A DNA stretch of 64,000 nucleotides from Gnetum montanum (Eukaryota; Plantae; Gnetophyta). The stretch is from NCBI GenBank assembly GCA_015680685.1, contig MNCI01000404.1:76829-140828 (forward strand). Reading direction: 5' to 3'. Under the pieces are notes generated by a model. It did not search any database. It saw nothing but the letters and a program-made list of their open reading frames with translations, and had not been told where the DNA came from. A program made the position numbers and the translations under genes. This document shows, in pieces, positions 37,401 through 51,800 of this stretch; the stretch's first letter is position 1; each line of letters starts with the position of its first letter.

Positions 37401-40400
37401 ATCGTTGATGCCAAAATAGGTATTAGAGATCTTTCTCTAGAAATATCTAAAGAAAATGCATTTGGAAAGATCGAGAAGAAGAGAGTTCCATGCATTGCAT
37501 ATAGCAATATAGGGTGTAATTGTGTGTAGAAACTCTAGGCTGTAAAGCAAGCATCTATCTCTACATGCAAGCAGTGTGCACTAGAAGCAAAAATCCAAAG
37601 GTGTTTGTATGCAATAGCCACAAAATAGCAAGGAAACCAATGGCTAACTATTGATTCTAAAAGTAGCACACTTTGCATGAAATCAACTAAGAGCCTGACA
37701 TGTGCATGTGTCATAAGCATGGATGAACTAGAGCAAGTTCATCACCAACTCTCTAATGATACAAATGATGATACCTAATGAGGAGAGTTGGAAATTCCTA
37801 AAAGTCTCAAGCAAGAGCCCCTTGAACTGAAAATGCTACCAGCTAAAATAGAATATGTGTTTTTGAAAAATGAAAAGCAAATCATAATCAATGCAGATCT
37901 TACTCTAGAGCAAAAGAAAAAATATGTTAAATGTAGTTGAAAATGGTCAGCAACTTTTGCTTGTTCATATCCTAAATTCATAAGGATTGATCCTAGGATA
38001 TGCCAGCATCGCATCTACACTGATCCAGCCATGAAGCCAAAAAGATAGCCACAGAGACAATTGAACCCCAAACTGAAGTAGATCATCAAAGAGGAAATCA
38101 AGCAACTCCTCAAGGTGGGGTTCATTTATCCCATTACGGATAGTGAGTGGGTTAGTCCACTCATAATTGTGTCGAAGAAAGGTGGCAAGTGGCAACTCTG
38201 TATCGATTTTTGGCTACTAAATATGAAAACATTCAAGGATCATTTTACATTGTCCTTTGTTGATCAGGTGCTAAACACAATATCTAAGCATTGCTACTAT
38301 AGTTTTCTAAATGGTTATAGTGGCTATAACCAAATTCAAATTGCACTAGAGGACCAAGCAAAGACAACATTCACAAGTCCTTAGGGGACTTTTGCATATT
38401 GCAAGATGCCATTTGGTCTATGCAATGCTCCTACTACATTCCAATGCCTAGTTCTAAGCATTTTTCAATAGTAGATCAATAGTGGTATGGAAGTCTTCAT
38501 GGATGACTTCTCCTCTTATAGAGCTACATTTGAGCAAGCCCTAAACCACCTTGAGCAAGTGCTTAAACAATGTGTTGAAACCAACCTATGGATAAATTGG
38601 CAAAAAAAAGTCATCTAATGGTCCAGGAGGGCATTATATTAGGGCACAGAATATCACGAGCAAGAATTGAGATAGAACCTGAGAAAATAAGGGTCATCCA
38701 AGGAATAACCCACCAACCAAAAATTGTCAAATATGTTCAATCATTCCTTGGACATACTATCTATTATCGGTGATTCATAGATAATTTCTCTAAGATCACA
38801 AAATCGTTAGTGGAGTTAACAAAGAAAGATGCTTCCTTTGTCTAGACCACAGAATGTGAAAAATCATTCCAATAGCTAAAAGAGAAACTTGTAGAAACTC
38901 CAATCCTACAAGCACCTAACTAGTCCAAACCATTTTGTATCATGAAAAATGTATCAAATTATGCCTTGGGATTTGTGCATACACAGTTAGATAACAAAAA
39001 AATTCATACTACATCTACTACACTAGCTGAAGCATTGTGGGTGCACAACTAACCTACACCACCATAGAAAAGGAATTGATGGCAATGGTGTTTTCTTTAG
39101 AGAAGTTTAGGCATAATGTGCCTAGATACAAAGTGTTTATGCACATAGACCATAGTGCCATCCGCTTCCTGATGAACAAGCCCATAGTGAGGTCCCGTGT
39201 TATACAATGGTTGGTGATCTTGCAAGAATTCGATCTTACAATGGTAGATCGAAAGGGCACTGAGAATGTGGTCACTAATCACTTGTCTTGGCTGCAATGG
39301 GACAACAAAGAAGAAGAAAACCCACTATCTGATATGTTCCCTGATGAGATCCTCTTTGCTTGGGTTATAATTGAACAATTTCCCAATGAGCCTAAATTGT
39401 ATGATGGGATTCTCACCTATCTTCTCAACCAAGAGATGCCACACAGGTTGGACCACCGAAAGAAATAGTAGTTTCTTCACGAAGTAAAACACTTCATGTA
39501 GATCAACAAAAACCTCTACAAGGTGTGTGACAATGGCCTAGTTCATTGGTGTGTCCCTGATGTCGATCAACTACACATTCTCCAAGATGCTCATGAAGGT
39601 CCTTGTGAAGGACACTATGTTGGGGGATGCACGACGATATCAAGGTACTATTGGCCAACAATCTTCAAGGATGCTCACCATTATGTCTACTCTTGTGAAC
39701 GATGCCAACAAGATGGTGGAATGACTACTTAAATGGAGGAACCTCAACAATGGATTCAACCACTGGAACCCTTCGACATCGGGGGCATTGACTTCATGGG
39801 TCCCATCAAGCCCATGTTAAATGGAAAGGCATACATCATAGTTGCTATTGACTATTGTACAAAATGGGTAGAAGCAGCAGCCATCATCAACTGTACATCT
39901 TCTACTGCAACTCGGTTTGTACAAAAAAATGTTGTAAACAAATTTGGTGTGCCATTGGCATTAATTTCTAATAATGAAACTCACTTTACAAGCAGTACTT
40001 TTCAAAAGCTTATGCAATTCTTGGGGGTTGAGCATAAACTCACAACATCCTACCACCCCCAAGCCAATGGTCAAGCTAAGGTTACCAATAGGGAAATCAC
40101 AAGGATTCTAACAAGAACTATTAGCAAGTATAGGAAAGACTACAACACAAAACTCAACAATGCCCTTTAGGCCTACTGCTCAACATGGAAACTTCCTATA
40201 GGCTACTCTCCCTATGAGCTTGCATATGGAAAATGACCAACACTTCATATTCAATCCGAGCTCTGTACACTTTTAACAACCTATGACCTCAACCTTGACT
40301 TGAGTCTAACATAAAAAGAAAGAATAATGAATCTCAACTTGCTAGATGAAAATTTATTGGTAGCCTTATCATCTAAAGAGTTGCACAAGGCCTACAACAA

Positions 40401-40733
40401 AAAGTGTTATGACCTAAAAATCAAAAAAGTCAAATTCTAGCTAGGAGATAAGGTTCTCTACTAGAACCCCACACACATACCTCAACGAACTAAGTTCCAA
40501 ACATTGTGGGAAGGACCTTACATCATTTAGGGTACTTTTCCTTTTGAGGCCAAGATGATCTACAAACCTGAGAGCTCAAACAAGAAATAGCTAATCAACA
40601 TCCAACAAATCAAACCTTTCCACAAGCATAAGCTAGCAAATACAACAAACGCCTCATTAAATGGACAATCACACTCCATATTCCAGATCTCCTCCTTACA
40701 ACTTAGTTGTGGGGAAAATGGCCACCCATGCTA
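34497..40733 (+). pseudogene. Degenerate gag-pol of Athila-like copy 2
   Basis: MSSSHR start; gag (QKLKLFPRTL); protease; RT (PITDSEWVSP, FMDDF); RH (YTTIEKEL, DHSA); integrase (GIDFMGP, YHPQANGQA, WEGPY). Confidence 0.92.
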
Positions 40734-41344
40734 ACCATATAAGTGGCTCCTCAGTCTTTTAATTTTTTATTTTACACATTTTTTGTTTTACAACCTTTTT
40801 TTTACACATTTTTTATTTTACATCTTCCTATTTTCTAATTTTTATTTTACACCATCATTAGTACATTTACTATTTCTTGAATATTATACACTTTCTTTTA
40901 TATTTTCTTTTATTTTACTTTGTTGTGATTTTCTAACTTTTTCTTAACAAGTACTAGGTATGTACTTGGTAATGCGTTGATTGATGGTGGTATGTACTAT
41001 TTTTATTATTTGATTGTTGGTGTCTAGTTTCTGGCTTTGAATTTCATTATGGATAATTAGGACATAGTTTCTTTTTTATGCAACAGGCAGTGAGTCAACA
41101 ACATCCACCCATCCAGAAACTCTATGGTTTTTCTTGTTCTGAAAACATGTAGTCCCTTTTTCATTAATAAAACTTTAAAAAATTTGACTTTGGTAGTTTC
41201 TAGAATTGGGAAGGATTCAAAGATTTGAACAAGGTGTGGCTTCATGGGAATTTGGTATTCTTTGTACCTTTCTATATGCTTGGGTGCATGGGTATTTTCA
41301 TGGATTTCTTACCATTCCATGTCGACCAATAAAAGGAAGTTAAA

Positions 41345-41590
41345 TAAGTCTTTTCATAGTATGGTTTTCATCAAAAACAAAAACAAAAAAAAAACAATGA
41401 GAATTCAAAGCACACCCCTTAGACAAAATAAATGCATATGCCTTTACATGGTGTAGTTCTCATCAAAAAAAATGATGAGAATTCAAAGCATACCCCTTAG
41501 ACAAAATAAATGCATACATTTTTGCATGGTGTGATTTTCATCTCAAAAAAATGATAGGAATTTAAAGTACACCCCTTAAACACAATAAAC
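41345..41590. repeat. About 3 x 75-90 bp repeat (GAATTCAAAGCACACCCCTTAGACAAAATAAATG) in Athila 3-prime non-coding region
   Basis: Cores at about 41401, 41479, 41558; single copy in element 1 (about 8630-8662, reverse complement). Confidence 0.8.
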
Positions 41591-44500
41591 AAGCTACAAG
41601 CACTGGTTATGATACTAGTCCCCTTTAACTGAGGCCCTTACTCACTTCCCACTTCTCTTTTCTTCTCTAACAAAGAACGGTGGTTATTTTGTGGGAGCAC
41701 TCTTGTGTCTCAAGGGATGAACTCATCTTAGAATGATGATGCGAAGTTACTAAATGTGGTTGGTTTTGGGTCTAGACTAAGGATGGATCCTATCAAGTCA
41801 TTTAACCACAAAATCCACCAAGGACTTCACGGGACCTTAATTAGGGACTCCATTCCACTCTCTCTCATTCATCTATGCTTTCCATGTCTCACCTCACTAC
41901 CGGTTTCATGTTCTTGCTTGATGTCTTGGTTTGATGTGTCGAAATTTCTGAGTTTTTGTACTTAACCTTTTGTGAACATTAGTCATTCACGGAGCTCAAA
42001 AACTCTTTGGTTTGAAGTGATGCAAGGGCATAAAAGGCCTGTGCCTACTTTGGGGAGGACCCACTTGCATATCTTTTGGTTGGGTTAGTTAAGTTCTTTA
42101 TTCTTAGACACTCTTACAATCAAATTCTTTTTGTTTATGCCATCAATAACATCCAATTGTGCACATCTTCACAATAGTTTTCAATGAGCCTTCCTTTTTG
42201 TTGCCATGAATTCTTACACCCTCTTCAAATATTTCCTTGTGTTGAACTTTTTTCAAATTTAATGGACCGCTTATCTATTTTACCCTATTTGTTAGCCTTC
42301 CCACTAACACTACTAAAGGGATCAATCTACCACAATCACAACCTAGCTGAGTGTAACCACCGATGAGACAAGGCATTGACCAACTCTATGTTACATATTG
42401 CATACTAATTCATGATTTTGTTATGATTGTAGTGAGAAGCATGGACTAGAAGCAGGACTATCTTCACCAAGGATGATGTAGCAGTACCACACAATGAGGA
42501 TTGTTCATGATCATTAAATCTTCTCCCTCACTCTTCAACTACTAAGAGGTGTTGGATGTTAGTGTTATCTAGGGTGTTCCCTTATCTTATCGTGGGCACC
42601 CAATGTTGTAAAGATTGTATCTTTGTACACTTGGGCACTTAGAGTCTGTTATTCCATTTGAGTCAATTTGTATGTCAATCAATAATCCCATACCTACCCA
42701 ATATTTTGTAACGAAATTGTTCCTCCTTTTCTACACTCAAGGATGAGTTTTCATTCAGTCATGGGGGTATGATGAAACACATTGGTTCATCTGCTTTAAC
42801 ATCGAGTATCTGACATCAAAGCCATGATGTCGGGGTCCAGATGCGACGTCGGGTATCCAACATTAGTGGGTATACGTTGACCTATAAATATAGCACTTGG
42901 GCTTCCGATTTGGTAGTCAATTTTTAATTTTCAGTCAAAGTAGCAAAGCTCTTACAAATTATTTTCTCCAAAGTTAAAATATTTTCTAAGTGCCCACAAA
43001 AGGAGTCCAAGTGTGTGCAGTTCTTTGTTCAAACACTAATGCACCTGAGCGCAGTAGTGTGACAGGAATAAAAACAAATTCTTTTGATAATCCTTGCAGC
43101 ACTGAGAATAGATTAATATTTTCTTTCATGCACTTTACTACATTTCAAATTGAGCAATTACTTTTCAACAGTTAATGAACATGAGCATGACCACTTTGAG
43201 CATACATATAGTACTTGGTAACTCAACAACACTTAACGTTTGGTAGCCCAGCAGCACTATATGTGTTCAAGATGTGTCCAGGAAAGTGGGGTGGTTACTT
43301 GTGTTAGGCTAGTTAGACCGTAAATGAACTAGATCTTAAATTACTCTACCTTTCATTCTTGTTGTAGGCAACTAAACTCATAAAACATAAAATAAGAAAA
43401 TTCATGTACCTTAATTACACTTAAACCATACCCTTGAGCCTCACAAGTGTAGTTGGGAAGACAACAAACGTTCTCAATGCCCATTTCACTTCCTAGAAAA
43501 ACTAGTGTACTGGAGAAATATAGCTCCACGAAATTCAACCGAATCGTGCGTAAATGCCTTAGTGATTCTTATGGTTGGGCGTACGGGTACCTCACCTCTC
43601 ATCAAAAATTACCAAGTGTTTTTGGTAATAGGTGGAACAAATCATCTAGATTTAACAATGAGGTTTTAGCTTAGCAATAAAACTCTTAATTTTGAAACTC
43701 TACCAATGAGGTGTTAGCCTAGTAGTACATGTCTTGGCTTGGTAACCCCAAGTCACAAGTTTGATTTTACTAGGTAGCATTGAGCTATCAACTTCTATAA
43801 ATCTTAGGGTGTACTAATGAGTTATGTGCGCTTACACTATACATGTAGGTATTGTAATTGTTGAACCATAGTCTATCTTGGGTCTGCTCTAGGATGTCTA
43901 GTTGATTTTGGACTCTAGAGTGGTGCTTAACTATGCTTTGCTAGAGCAATGTTGTTACAAAATAACACACATTAGCTTTGCTTTCATATAAATGAACACC
44001 AATGGTCACATAGATATTCTAAATTTAGTTCTTTGTTCTTAGGTTAACTATTCCAAATTAATGCTAATAAGTATAGTTGAGATGCAGTGGCATAAAATGG
44101 ATCTGCATAGACATAATAAAATATGAATATCAATAAAATGGAATGCTTAGCAAATTTATAGAAAAAAATGTGATGTAAGAGGATCTTCCCATAACTCAAT
44201 TTCACACTTTGCAACATAATCCCACACATATTAATTTATAACCATCAAATGAAGTACTAAAAACATAATACCATGTTCTTGATATCAATTTTCTCTTAAA
44301 TATTTTCATTGTTAATGTTTTTATAATTATTACAAGTTGTTGCAAAGTTCTCATATTAATTATCTCAATTACTCTTGGTTGATTACACAGTATATATTCT
44401 CCTTATTATTTTGTCCCATTTCCTTTTATTCTCCAATAATTCCATGTTGTTTTATCTTCTCCTACCTTAAATTGGAAAAGTCTCCAAAGCAAGTTCTATG

Positions 44501-45813
44501 AGATTTTTCTACTCTATCATGCTTGCATTTTTTTTTAATCTTTAAATTGTTTTATGTTTACTTATTAAACCTTAAAGAACCTATTAGACCACTTCAACAT
44601 CAATCAATTTTAGCATAGTAAATGTAGATCTCAACAATAACCGATTGTGGTTAAATCTACAACTTCTATTATACAAGCCACATAACTTAAACATGTAAAG
44701 GTAAATAACCAATTTAACAAGAAGGTTGGTTATTTATTTAGCCATTCCACTTTTATTTAGCCATAAAATACCTCCTTGAAAGCAAATGTTAAGAAAGTAT
44801 GTCTTTTTGTTAAAATCCACACAAAATATTTACAATTACACATACTTTTATTTTTAAAATAGTTCATTAGTAAATACTTCAATAATCAATTCCAACCTCT
44901 TCAATTGTTAATCAAAATGAGGTAAGGGCAACCAATACATTATTACAAATAAAGTTAAATGCAAAGTCAAATGGGCAAAAAATAGTTAGTAACATTTTAT
45001 TTTATTTTATTTTAAGAAAAGAGATTAACCAACAACAAATTTACACTTACAAATTTTCCCACAAAAGATAGAGAATTAGGAACCTAATCATTGACTAAAA
45101 TACAATTATATAAACAGCAAAAAAACCTAATATTGACAATTTTATTAGAATGCATAAATTCTTCAGCAATCATTTACAATAAGTTAATTATGAATCATGG
45201 ATTCCATGATTTTCTATTTGAAAGTCAAAAGCGTATGTGAGAAGAAGTTTAATTGAGATCTTAATTCTAGGGGGGAAAGTAGCAACCTTTGTCAACTTAG
45301 GATTTATTATTAATAGAAAGTTGTATTCAATGCTTTAAATTCCTTTGTCAACTTAATGCTTTATTATTAAAGTATATCTTCACATGATTATGAATGAGAC
45401 ATGGCTGAAATAGTAAGTGTATTGTCTAACAAGGATGTGTAGACAAGCAGTTGCAACTTGAATCATGGTTGCTTCACTGTTACATAGCTATCGGACACAT
45501 CTGGTGTACACTGATATACTATGTTGTACTCAAAATTTATTGCTACAAGTTAATTTGTTTTATAGATGCGTTGGATTTATACAAAAGTATACAATTTCAG
45601 TTGCGTTTCACTTTTCTTTTAATCTTTTATATAATGTACGGGTAATACAGCATACAACATATCCAATCTCATCATCCGCTCTTGAAACATATATTTTGAA
45701 GGAGAAAACTAAATGTAGGATGCGTCTGGCGTCCAAAAAGAGTATGCTGACGATCCTCTTAATATCTTGAAACGTACTGTAACGGATATAAGCCGTATCG
45801 TCAATAGGAAATG

Positions 45814-48800
45814 TCAAAGTATTCTAAGTAACATACTAGTGAAATATGTGCTCTCTGGATAGGCTGGGTCAATAGGATGATCAGCCGCTGGACCAACTTG
45901 CCGAAGAACAGTTGCTTTTCTCCCTACAGAGAAAGCTGCTTTCTGCAAGTACGATATACACATTGAATCTATTTCAATTTGCTAAAAAACCATTTTTGAG
46001 ATTTTACAAATAATAAAAATGCATCTTAACATTAACAAAATCATAATTCATAGTGAATAAAAAATTCAACCCGTAGAAGATCAGCAAAGTAACATCTGAA
46101 ATGCTAAAGCAGAAACGCAAATGGTAATACTAATGGACTAGTTGTTGCATTATAGATACAGCTGAACACATAAAATAAGATAATCATAATTGAAACTTGA
46201 TGTTGAATTCTTATAATAAAGTTCCTTTATTTATGATGTCAAACAAGAAGGTGGCCCTATAACATCTTAGACTCTCAAACAAAGAAAATAAATCCCGAAG
46301 TGTAATTTTTTCAGGGTATTAGGCTCTGAAACTAGTTGTTAGTAGACGGCCAAATATTCTACCCAAGATCTTGAACCTCACTCATTACTCATTCAAGAGT
46401 CAGATAAACTGCCAACCCGTTAGATAAGTGGACTGAATAGTACAGCTATGAAAAAAATCAGACTTTGTAAATTAAAATCATGATGTCAAAACTACATGTA
46501 ATATAAGATTAATTCCTAAATTTTTTTTTCTGCTCTGACATCAACTACCAAAAAAAACTGGCAAACATCATGACAGCTTGTTCCTGACAGTTTGTACCTA
46601 ACAATGTTAATAATCAATCAAATAAAGTAGAGAAAATTATGAAAAAAATTTGGTGTAAAACATTAATCAAAACATGCATATAACCGAATTGCAAAAAATC
46701 ACCAAAATGCAAAAATAAACAAAAACTAACTTCCAACCATTGGTGCTTTTGTTTGAACTACATGAACATGTTTCAGAGAGTGTTTTGGATTCTTCTATCA
46801 CACTAATGCTCAACGATGATGGTGTATGCAAACTCTGGGTGTTTGTGATAGGGACCAAAAACTGTAACACTGCCATGAGTTTGATATATTTTTGTACCAT
46901 TTGTTCTTCCATCAAGAACATTTTATAGGCCAGAAAATCCTAGGATTAACTTCTAGTTTACATTAGAAATATGAGACCATTATTGTGAAAACCATTACAA
47001 CAAATTTAGTTGGTTTCAAATTTGAAATTGTTTGTTTTCCATAACATGTAAACATTAAAACCATTTGTTTTCCATAACACGCGTAAAAAATTATATTGAA
47101 ATCTTCCATAATGCTTCTCCTGGTTAGTCTCCATATTTAACCTATCCATCAAACTCAGCTTTCAAGAAATAAATACATTAATCAAACTCAGCTTTCAAGA
47201 AATAAATACATTAATCATGAAGATAGTTCCTCTAAATGTGAGTATTATCTTCAATGTATTACAATGTATTATTTCACAAACTTAATTTCTTATTTGGTAA
47301 CTAAATTTTATGAATAAACCCAATATTTATTCTAGTCCTGCCATATGTGAATTTTCTCTATTAACTATATGCACAAACTAAATATGAGAAAACATCACAA
47401 CTGAGAGTTTCATTAAGACTGTAAAATTGTACGTGCAAACAAATTACATTATGGAATCAAGTCCCATCTAAATTACATGATCTGTAAATGGCATTCCCTT
47501 TGTCAAAGGATCAGCTATCATCAATTCAGTAATTATATGATCAATGACCACTTTTTTTCTTTAATATGTTCCCTTATGGCTAAGTATTTTATGTCGGTGT
47601 TTACTTCGACTTTGACTACCACTCTTATTATTCTTAGCCATAAAGACAGCAGTTGAATTGTCACAAAATATTCTTAATGGCCTAGATACAAAATATACAA
47701 TTCTAAGGCCTGACATGAAACTCTTCAACCATACACCATGTGAAGTAGCCTCAAAACAAGAAATAAACTCTGCCTCCATTGTGGAAGTAGCAACCAAAGT
47801 TTGCTTTCTACTCCTCCAAGATACAACTCCTCCAGCCAACGTAAAAACATAAGCAAATGTTGATTTCATTGAATCAACATAGCTAGCAAAGTCTGAATCA
47901 GAGGAGCCAATCACCTCCAAATTGTCAATTCGTCTATACATAAGCATGTAATCCTTTGTACCTTGAAGGTACCTCATCACCTTCTTTGCAGCCTCCAATG
48001 ATCAATGCCTAGATTACTTTGATATCTACCCAACATTCTCACAGCAAATGTAATGTTAGGTCTTGTGCAAACCTGAGCATACATTAGGCTTCCAATAGCT
48101 AACACATATGGAATGTTGCTCATCTATCTTTTCTCTAAATCATCCTTGGGGCACTAGTTCAAATTGAACTTGTCACCCTTCACAATGGGTGCTATACTCG
48201 ATGAACGATCTTTCATCCAAAACCTCTCTAAATATTTATTGATATAGGTTTCTTGCAATAGTCCCAGAATACATCTAGATCTATCCCTATGGATCTTAAT
48301 GCCAATGACATAAGATGCCTCGCCCAATGTAGCCATTTACGTGTTATGGAAAACAAACAATTTCAGTGTAACTGTTTACGCATTATGGAAAATTTCAATG
48401 TAACCGTTTACACACTATGGAAAACAAATGGTTTCAATGTAACCATTTACGCATTATGGAAAGTTTCAATGTAACCATTTATGATTTATGAAAAATAAAT
48501 GATTTCAAATTTGAAACCAACTAAATTTGTTGTCACGGTTTTCACAAGAATGGTCTTATATTTCTAGTTTAAACCAGAAGTTAATCCTTCGTAACGGATT
48601 TGCTGGCCTATAAAATGTTCTTATAGGAGAACAAATGGTATCAAAATATAAAAAAACTCACAGCCGTGTTACAGTTTTTGGTCTCTATCACAAATACTCA
48701 TCAGGTCTACATACACCATCATTGTTGAGCATTAGTGTGATAGAAGAATCTAAAACATTCTTCGAAACACGTTCACACAATCCAAACAAGAACATCAATG

Positions 48801-51800
48801 GCTATAGGTCAATTTTTAGTTTATTTTCGCATTTTGGTGATGTTGTGCAATTTGGTTATATGAATGTTTTGGTCAATGTTTTACACCAAATTTTCTTTAT
48901 TTGGTATCGAAGCTAGGTTAGGTCTATGTCTTAATGCTTAGAACTTGTTTGGATGAGGTTTTCATTAACAAAGTTTTCAACAATGGTTTAAATCCATAAA
49001 ATTTATTTTTCAACGATTATTTGTGAAAAATAATATTAAAAATAATTAGAAAATTGAATTTCTAACAATTTTGTGATTTGAAACATCAAAAATAGTGCTA
49101 GATTTGTGTTTAAGGAAGCTTTAAAATGACCCTGTTTTTACTAGATGACATGTTTTGAAGCTATGAAATGCACAATTCTTTGCCAAAACAAAATATGCAA
49201 AATTATACAAAAAATGAAGTTTCAGAATTTTGATTTTTGTTTTTTGATAAAATGTCAAAAATTGGCTCCATAAAACGAAGTGTCATTTTGGCAAAGAACT
49301 GTGCATTTTATAGCTTCAAAACAACATGTCATCTAGCTACTGTAAAAACGACATTGTTTTAAAGCTTCCTTAAACACAAATCTGAATTTCTAATATTATT
49401 TTTCACAAATAATCGTTGAAAAATAAATTCTATGGATTTAAACCATTGTTGAAAACTTTGTTAACGAAAACCTCATCCAAACAAGTTCTAAGCATTAAGA
49501 CAGAGACCTAACCTAGCTTCGATACCAAATAAAGAAAATTTGGTGTAAAACATTGACCAAACCATTCATATAACCAAATTGCACAACATCACCAAAATGT
49601 GAAAATAAACTAAAAATTGACCTATAGACATTGATGTTCTTGTTTGGATTGTGTGAACGTGTTTCGAAAATGTTTTAAATTCTTCTATCACACTAATGCT
49701 CAACAACAATGATATATGCAAACTCTAAGTGTTTGTGATAGGGACCAAAAACTATAAGACTGTCATGAATTGGATATACTCTGGTACCATTTGTTCTCCC
49801 ATAAGAACATTTTATAGGCTAGCAAATCCGTTACGAAGAATTAACTTATGGTTTAAACTAGAAATATGAGAACATTTTTGTGAAAACCATTACAACAAAT
49901 TTAGTAGGTTTCAAATTTGAAACCATTTGTTTTCCATAACGCCTAAATAGTTACATTGAAACTTTCCATAACGCGTAAATAGTTATATTGAAACCATTTG
50001 TTTTCCATAATGCATAAACGGTTACATTGAAACCTTCCATAACACGTAAATGATTACAAATTAAACTTTGATCACTATATTGGAAAGCCTAATCCCTAAA
50101 TCCTAAATCCTAAATATTCATGAATATCGAATATAGGTATATGTGGGTTATATCTACCTGCAAAATACTCAAAAATGATCCACTCTGTGTCATTGCTGCT
50201 GAACATGAACACGTCATAAGCAATCCTCCTTTTGTTGTCAATTGCATAGCAAGGGCATTCAGATTATAATACATACGAGATGCACGTGGCAGATCCTGTA
50301 GAAAAGATATAATGATAGATGATGTTAGAAAGCATGGAGTACAACGTGCTATATTTAATAAATTCAATAACATGATTCAACAGGCCATGCTAGCAATTTA
50401 GCAAGCTTAGTTGCACAAACTCATATTCTAACTAAGCTTTCATCTAAATAGAGCGCAAACAAGATACTAGGAGTTTCATTTTAGGATTGGCAAGGATTTC
50501 AGTTATAAACAACTGGCATTGGAATCAAAACTAGAAATCAATTCACTCTTGGCATAATTATGGCCGATATTCACTATAGAGTTGAAGTGACCTTGTGGCC
50601 TTACATTTATAGATGGGAAGCATGAAGTTTGTAGAGAAAGATAAACCTATCAGTAAATAGAACATATAAGCCATCAATCAATGCATAATAACCCCATAAC
50701 AACCCCCGAGTTGTCATTCAATCACAGTGAATGATACATTAGTTGAACTTTGCACTAAACCAGACAAACAATCTGTAACTATATATGTGGTAAATTGGAA
50801 TTTACAACATGATTTTTTGGCTTATACATCATGTTTATTGAACTGCATTTGTTTCCCAGCCTGATGCTTTGCAATGATTATTATTCTGGGCAAACTATGA
50901 TTTATGGTATGTCAACATCTATGCTAATATTGATATTTCCTCTCAAACAACTTAGACTACAAAACTGGTGAGTCTAATGGCATGACATGAAATAATATTG
51001 GCATTCCTACTTGTCAGAAAATAAAAGCTTTTCATCGATAAGACAATTGGATGCTTAATTTCATATGGTGTACAACCTCAAGTCCATATTTGCAATTTAC
51101 ATGTCCATGTATATTTTTATATCTGTTAGTCAATATGGAAATATATACTTCAGATACGGTAACCATTTTCAAACTAGAAGTTTCCAAACCAATTTTCCAT
51201 GTGATAAAAAAAGGCTTGGCAAATAACGCTAGGAGATGAAACGGTTTCGTTTCTTAAACATCTACAGAGTTAATGCGGCCAATCTGGTAAGTAAAAATAT
51301 TGTTCTGATTTCAGCATTCCTAAAATGTTTTCTATCACGTCTCAATATTGGCACATCTTCTGATGGCAGATTTTATTTCCACAGTTATTATGTTGTGTTT
51401 TATGGCTAATATAGCAATATCCAAACATACAGGGCTACAGGCAAATATCTATTTAATAGAGAATTCTAGCACGTCGCATTCATGATAACCCGGGGACAAC
51501 TTCAACCATTGAGGATTAAGAGTGTTTGAAAATGAAAAATTATAGAAAAGGTTTTATCAAACATGTTTCATTCATTCAACGTTAATTTGAATTTAGAATT
51601 ATCTATGTACTCTCGATCTGAAAAAATTCAAATATCAAATTAAGATCTATGTGAACGAAAGGGAACCTCTCTACTCGGCATTCTGCATATCTCAGCAATT
51701 TCAGAGAAAGAGAGATTGTGTGTGTCAGTGTGTGTGAATTATTGTAGGAAATACTATAAGGATATCTATATGAAAAAAAAACATTAAATATACTTCATTG

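Larger units (their letters stand above)
33748..43604 (+). mobile_element. Athila-like Ty3/gypsy element, copy 2, with TSD AAAAT
   Basis: TGATGAAAC...CTCATCA termini; TSD AAAAT at 33743-33747 and 43605-43609. LTRs 33748 to about 34450 (end and PBS deleted) and 42770-43604. PPT AGTCATGGGGGTA at 42757-42769. LTRs differ by roughly 15 percent by eye. Confidence 0.93.

Noticed and set aside
43610-45800. Short ORFs in AT-rich intergenic and 3-prime UTR sequence
   Set aside because: No coding signal, splice structure or domain similarity.
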